Below, one piece after another: positions 20,683 to 23,497 of a stretch of DNA of 23,497 bases (its first letter is position 1; every line of letters starts with the position of its first letter). Origin of the DNA: an uncultured Verrucomicrobiae bacterium (lineage in GTDB: Bacteria; Verrucomicrobiota; Verrucomicrobiia; Limisphaerales; JAFGQR01). The notes under the pieces were generated by a model that saw only the letters and a program-made list of their open reading frames with translations, was not told where the DNA came from and did no database searches. The translations under genes were made by a program, and so were the position numbers. The stretch lies in assembly GCA_963788655.1 (NCBI GenBank), contig CAWBHS010000086.1, positions 1 through 23,497 on the forward strand, given 5' to 3'.

Positions 20683-21210
20683 GTTCTTTGGGCTTGGCTT
20701 TGGGACTCAAGGCGGCCTCCAGGATCGACTCAAAGATTTGCCAGGGCAGCGCGGTACGCCGCTGCGAGAGGGCCCCATCGCTAATCGTCTTGCGGGTCAG
20801 CACGCCGATATTCTCGGCGAAAGTGCCCGTGCCTTGCAAGACATGCCAGACCAAGCCCATGATCAGTTCGACTGCGGTAATTGTTGGTGGGCGGCGACAA
20901 GCGGGCCCACAGTGACGGAAGATGCGGCGGATAAGTGTCGAGGGCACCAGACGACTATAGAGGCGTCGAAAAACCGAGTTCGAGAGCGTTGCTTTGTTTC
21001 GCATCCCCAGCTTAATGGGGTATCCATTTCAAAAGTAACAATCATAAAGTGTTGATATTAAACACTTTATACACTTATACACCATCTGGATGCTATGCGA
21101 ATTTCTTAAGGGCATTGGCACTAGGCGGTGGCGGCGCACGGTGGCCAAGGGGCAGCCCGGCCGGTGCGAACGGATCGCGCAGCGGGGGCTATGAACTGCC
21201 GAGCACCAAG

Positions 21211-22816
21211 CTATGGGGTGGCTGCCGGCTGGACGGGCTTCCAACGGCTGGGCGTTAACTCCTTCACCTCGGCCGCATTCATTGAGGGCAGGCGCCGCAG
21301 CCCGTCGGTCAGGTACTCCTGGGGATTGATGTCTCGCCGCCGGCAGCTCTGGATGATGGTGTAAATGACCGCACTGCGCCAACCGGCGTCCGGATGCCCA
21401 ATGAATAGCCACCGGCGGCGGCCGACCGCCGAAGGCCTCACGTCGTTTTCGACGAGATTGTTATCCATTTCGAACCGCCCGTCGCGCAAATATCCGACCA
21501 TCGCGGTATACTCCTTGAGGAAGTAACGGGCCGCCTTGCCCAGCGTGCTGGCCGGCAATACCCGTGGATCTTTGCGCAACTGTTCGGCGCGGTGCTTCAT
21601 CTCTCGCCAGATGGCCGGCGTGCGAGCCAAGCGGACGCGGCGCCGTTCCTCAAACGAGGCCTCTCGCAGGGAGTCTTCAATGCGATAGAGCTCCCGAATC
21701 TCAGGATAAACCAGAGCCCGTCTGGAGTGATTCCTGAGCGCTTTGTAGAAACGGCGCCGCGCATGTCCCAGGCAACCCATGCGTTTCAGTCGCCCGCCAT
21801 CCTCGCCGCAGCGACTCGTAGACGGCATAGCCGTCGCTTTGGATGGTGCCCTCAAATCCCTCGAGCCGGGCGGCGGGTCCATCCCGCCCCCGGCCGCCGC
21901 AAAACTCCAAGCGCACGTCCCCCTGCGGCGCTGAGTAAAACCAAAGATAGCCGGTGGCCGCTTTGCCGCTCATTTCCGGATCGAGCACTTTGACGGGCGT
22001 CTCGTCGACTTGCAGGTAGTTCCCCGACTAGAGTTCCTCCCAGATGCCCAGTAAATCGCCAGGAGCAAATGCGATTTTTTCGACCCACTGCACCATTTGC
22101 TGGCGCGAGATCACCACGCCCAATCGCTCCCGAAAATTCCGTTCCAACGTGTAGTAGGCGATGTGGTCGTCAAAGCGGCTGAGCAGCAGAAACACCGCCA
22201 GGCCCAGCCCGAGCTTGCTTTGCGGCAGCAAGCGCGGCGGCAGGGGCGCCACGGTCACGCCCGAGCAGCAGTCCTTCCCGCACTCGCCGTATTTGGGCCG
22301 GACGGTTTCTTTGATGATCAACTTGGCCGGCTCGAATTCATATTCGGTGGTGACTTCCTGGCCGATGCGCGGTCGGGGTTGGCCGGTGGTGGGGCAGAAC
22401 TTGTCCTGGGGCTCCAAAACCTCGGTTCGCTTTTCCAGTTGGACCGGCGGCAGATGGCGGCGCTTCCGGCGGTTCTTTTTGCGCTGCCGCTGTTCGTCCC
22501 GCTCCTGCTCTGCTCCGCCTCCACCACCTCCTGGCTCAGCGGCTCCGGACCCTGGGCCTGCGCTTGGAGGTCGTTGGCCAGCTTGTGCAGTTGCGCTTCC
22601 TGCTCGGCGTTTGAGTTTCTCGGCTTTCGAACCAAAGAGCTGTTGCTTCAGATCGGCGATGATCGCCTGGGCCTCCGCCAGCTTCCGCTGGTGCGCCTCC
22701 AGTTCCTGGCGGGTCTGCCGCAACTGCTCGTCGCGTTGCTGCAGGGCCTGCTGCGCGGCGGCCAGGGCCTGCTCGGTCCGCTGCCGTTGACGACGCAGGG
22801 CCTCCTGCTCTTTCAT
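21211..22816 (-). pseudogene. tnpC: IS66-family transposase TnpC with several frameshifts and an in-frame TAG at 22028-22030
   Basis: Coiled coil then LFGSKAEKL, CPTTG..RIGQEVT, YLQVDETPV, IQSDGYAVY, GCLGHARRRF, DNNLVENDVRPSAVGRRRWLF, INPQEYL..LTPSRW. Confidence 0.92.
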
Positions 22817-23497
22817 GCGCAGAGGACCTCCCGGAAATGGGCTTGCAGCGGATACACGTAAACCGCTTTAACCGGCGCCTGGATCGTGCGTTCGCGGTCT
22901 TGGCGGGTGCGCCCCTTGGTCCAACCCACCCGGCGCCAATTGGCGGCTTGGTAGACCGTGCCGCGGAAACGGCTCGCTTGGACGAAGGTCTCCAGGAGTG
23001 CCACCGAATGTCCATAGTTGCGCTGCCAATCGGCTTGGATCCGTCGGCTGATCCGACTTAAGAACCAACTGCCCAATCCCGGCGCCTGGAGCCAGGGCAC
23101 GATGAGCAGGCGCGTGTTATTGGCGATGAGCGCCAGATGGCGTTCGCTTTGTTCGACCCTCCAGCCGATGAACCGGTCCCGGTCCTGGCACTTCCAAGCC
23201 GGCGCGCCGAACACCGCCCAGGCCAGCGGCCGATCGGCTCGGTCTTTGAGGCAGTATTGCAGATTTTCGCCCACGGTGCCCCCGTGGCCCAGATAATGAA
23301 ACTCTCGAAGAGCCCGGTCCAGGAGTCGGCGTCCGGCAGGCTCTCGGCTGACTTCCTCCACGCTCAGCGGGGCCAAATCGGTCAAGCTGACCTGGACCGG
23401 TTGCGGGGGTGCCGACGATGGGGCGGGGCGTTGGGCGCGCCGGCGCGGGACCGGTGGTCGGCGGCGGGGCGGCAAGTTCACCAAACCGCGCGCCTGC
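22813..23497 (-). CDS. DUF4338 (DruA-related) domain protein, 5' end outside the window
   Basis: FHYLG...VGENLQY, AWKCQDRDRFIGW, IANNTRLLIVPW, DWQRNYG..ALLETFV..RFRGTVYQAANWRRVGWTKGR. The frame is open to the window edge, and the stop overlaps the tnpC ATG (ATGA). Confidence 0.85.
   Translation of the reverse strand, partial: QARGLVNLPPRRRPPVPRRRAQRPAPSSAPPQPVQVSLTDLAPLSVEEVSREPAGRRLLDRALREFHYLGHGGTVGENLQYCLKDRADRPLAWAVFGAPAWKCQDRDRFIGWRVEQSERHLALIANNTRLLIVPWLQAPGLGSWFLSRISRRIQADWQRNYGHSVALLETFVQASRFRGTVYQAANWRRVGWTKGRTRQDRERTIQAPVKAVYVYPLQAHFREVLCA

Larger units (their letters stand above)
18582..21004 (-). pseudogene. IS4-family transposase split by the IS1595 insertion
   Basis: Removing the insert restores ...ISDGALSQRR...KPKEHPEAFYQGLRLCGTDGSSF...LSDRYYG...LYARRWEQEIFYKELK (YREK motif). 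Confidence 0.93.
18565..21117 (-). mobile_element. IS4-family element (1456 bp after removing the nested IS and one TSD copy)
   Basis: TIRs caatgcctctaagaaattc (18565-18583) and gaatttcttaagggcattg (21099-21117), 17/19; 10-bp TSD gcactaggcg at 18555-18564 and 21118-21127. Confidence 0.95.
18528..23497 (-). mobile_element. IS66-family element (other end outside the window), interrupted by the IS4
   Basis: GTAAGCGTTAACGG at 18528 fits IS66 GTAA termini and lies ~120 bp downstream of the tnpC stop once the IS4 is removed. The partner TIR is not visible. Confidence 0.7.

Noticed and set aside
19622..21004. The 460-aa ORF as a new native transposase family
   Set aside because: It is fully explained by an IS1595 insertion, with TIR and TSD, into an IS4 transposase gene.
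300..22030. Stop-codon reassignment explaining the in-frame stops
   Set aside because: All three stop types occur internally and all three also end ordinary genes here; they co-occur with frameshifts.
22813..23497. Druantia anti-phage system
   Set aside because: No DruE helicase or other dru genes are in view, and the gene is coupled to an IS66 transposase.

Overview
GC-rich bacterial window. The Minf_1886/TIGR04138-like gene and the intergenic repeat types suggest Verrucomicrobiota (inference). (1) 90-3822, minus strand: a polymorphic-toxin locus. A 5'-truncated toxin gene (pre-toxin region, intein-like Hint domain, HNH/AHH-like 'GHH' nuclease tip) is followed by a probable immunity gene, a vestigial second toxin tip and a paralogous second immunity gene that the ORF track cuts at an internal TGA. 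(2) 4489-18418: ribD, a Tat-exported Gfo/Idh/MocA oxidoreductase, gamma-glutamyltransferase, a GH95 glycosidase, a large secreted transglutaminase-like/beta-helix fusion protein, then a divergent small membrane ORF, a Minf_1886-family gene and an M16 peptidase. REP-like palindromes and heptamer repeats lie between these genes. (3) 18528-end: three nested IS elements. An IS1595 (perfect 24-bp TIRs, 8-bp TSD) sits inside an IS4 (19-bp TIRs, 10-bp TSD), which sits inside the 3' end of an IS66-like element that carries a DUF4338-like gene directly upstream of tnpC. Many genes have single frameshifts or in-frame stops; these may be long-read errors rather than real pseudogenes. All family calls come from motif recognition by eye, not database searches.
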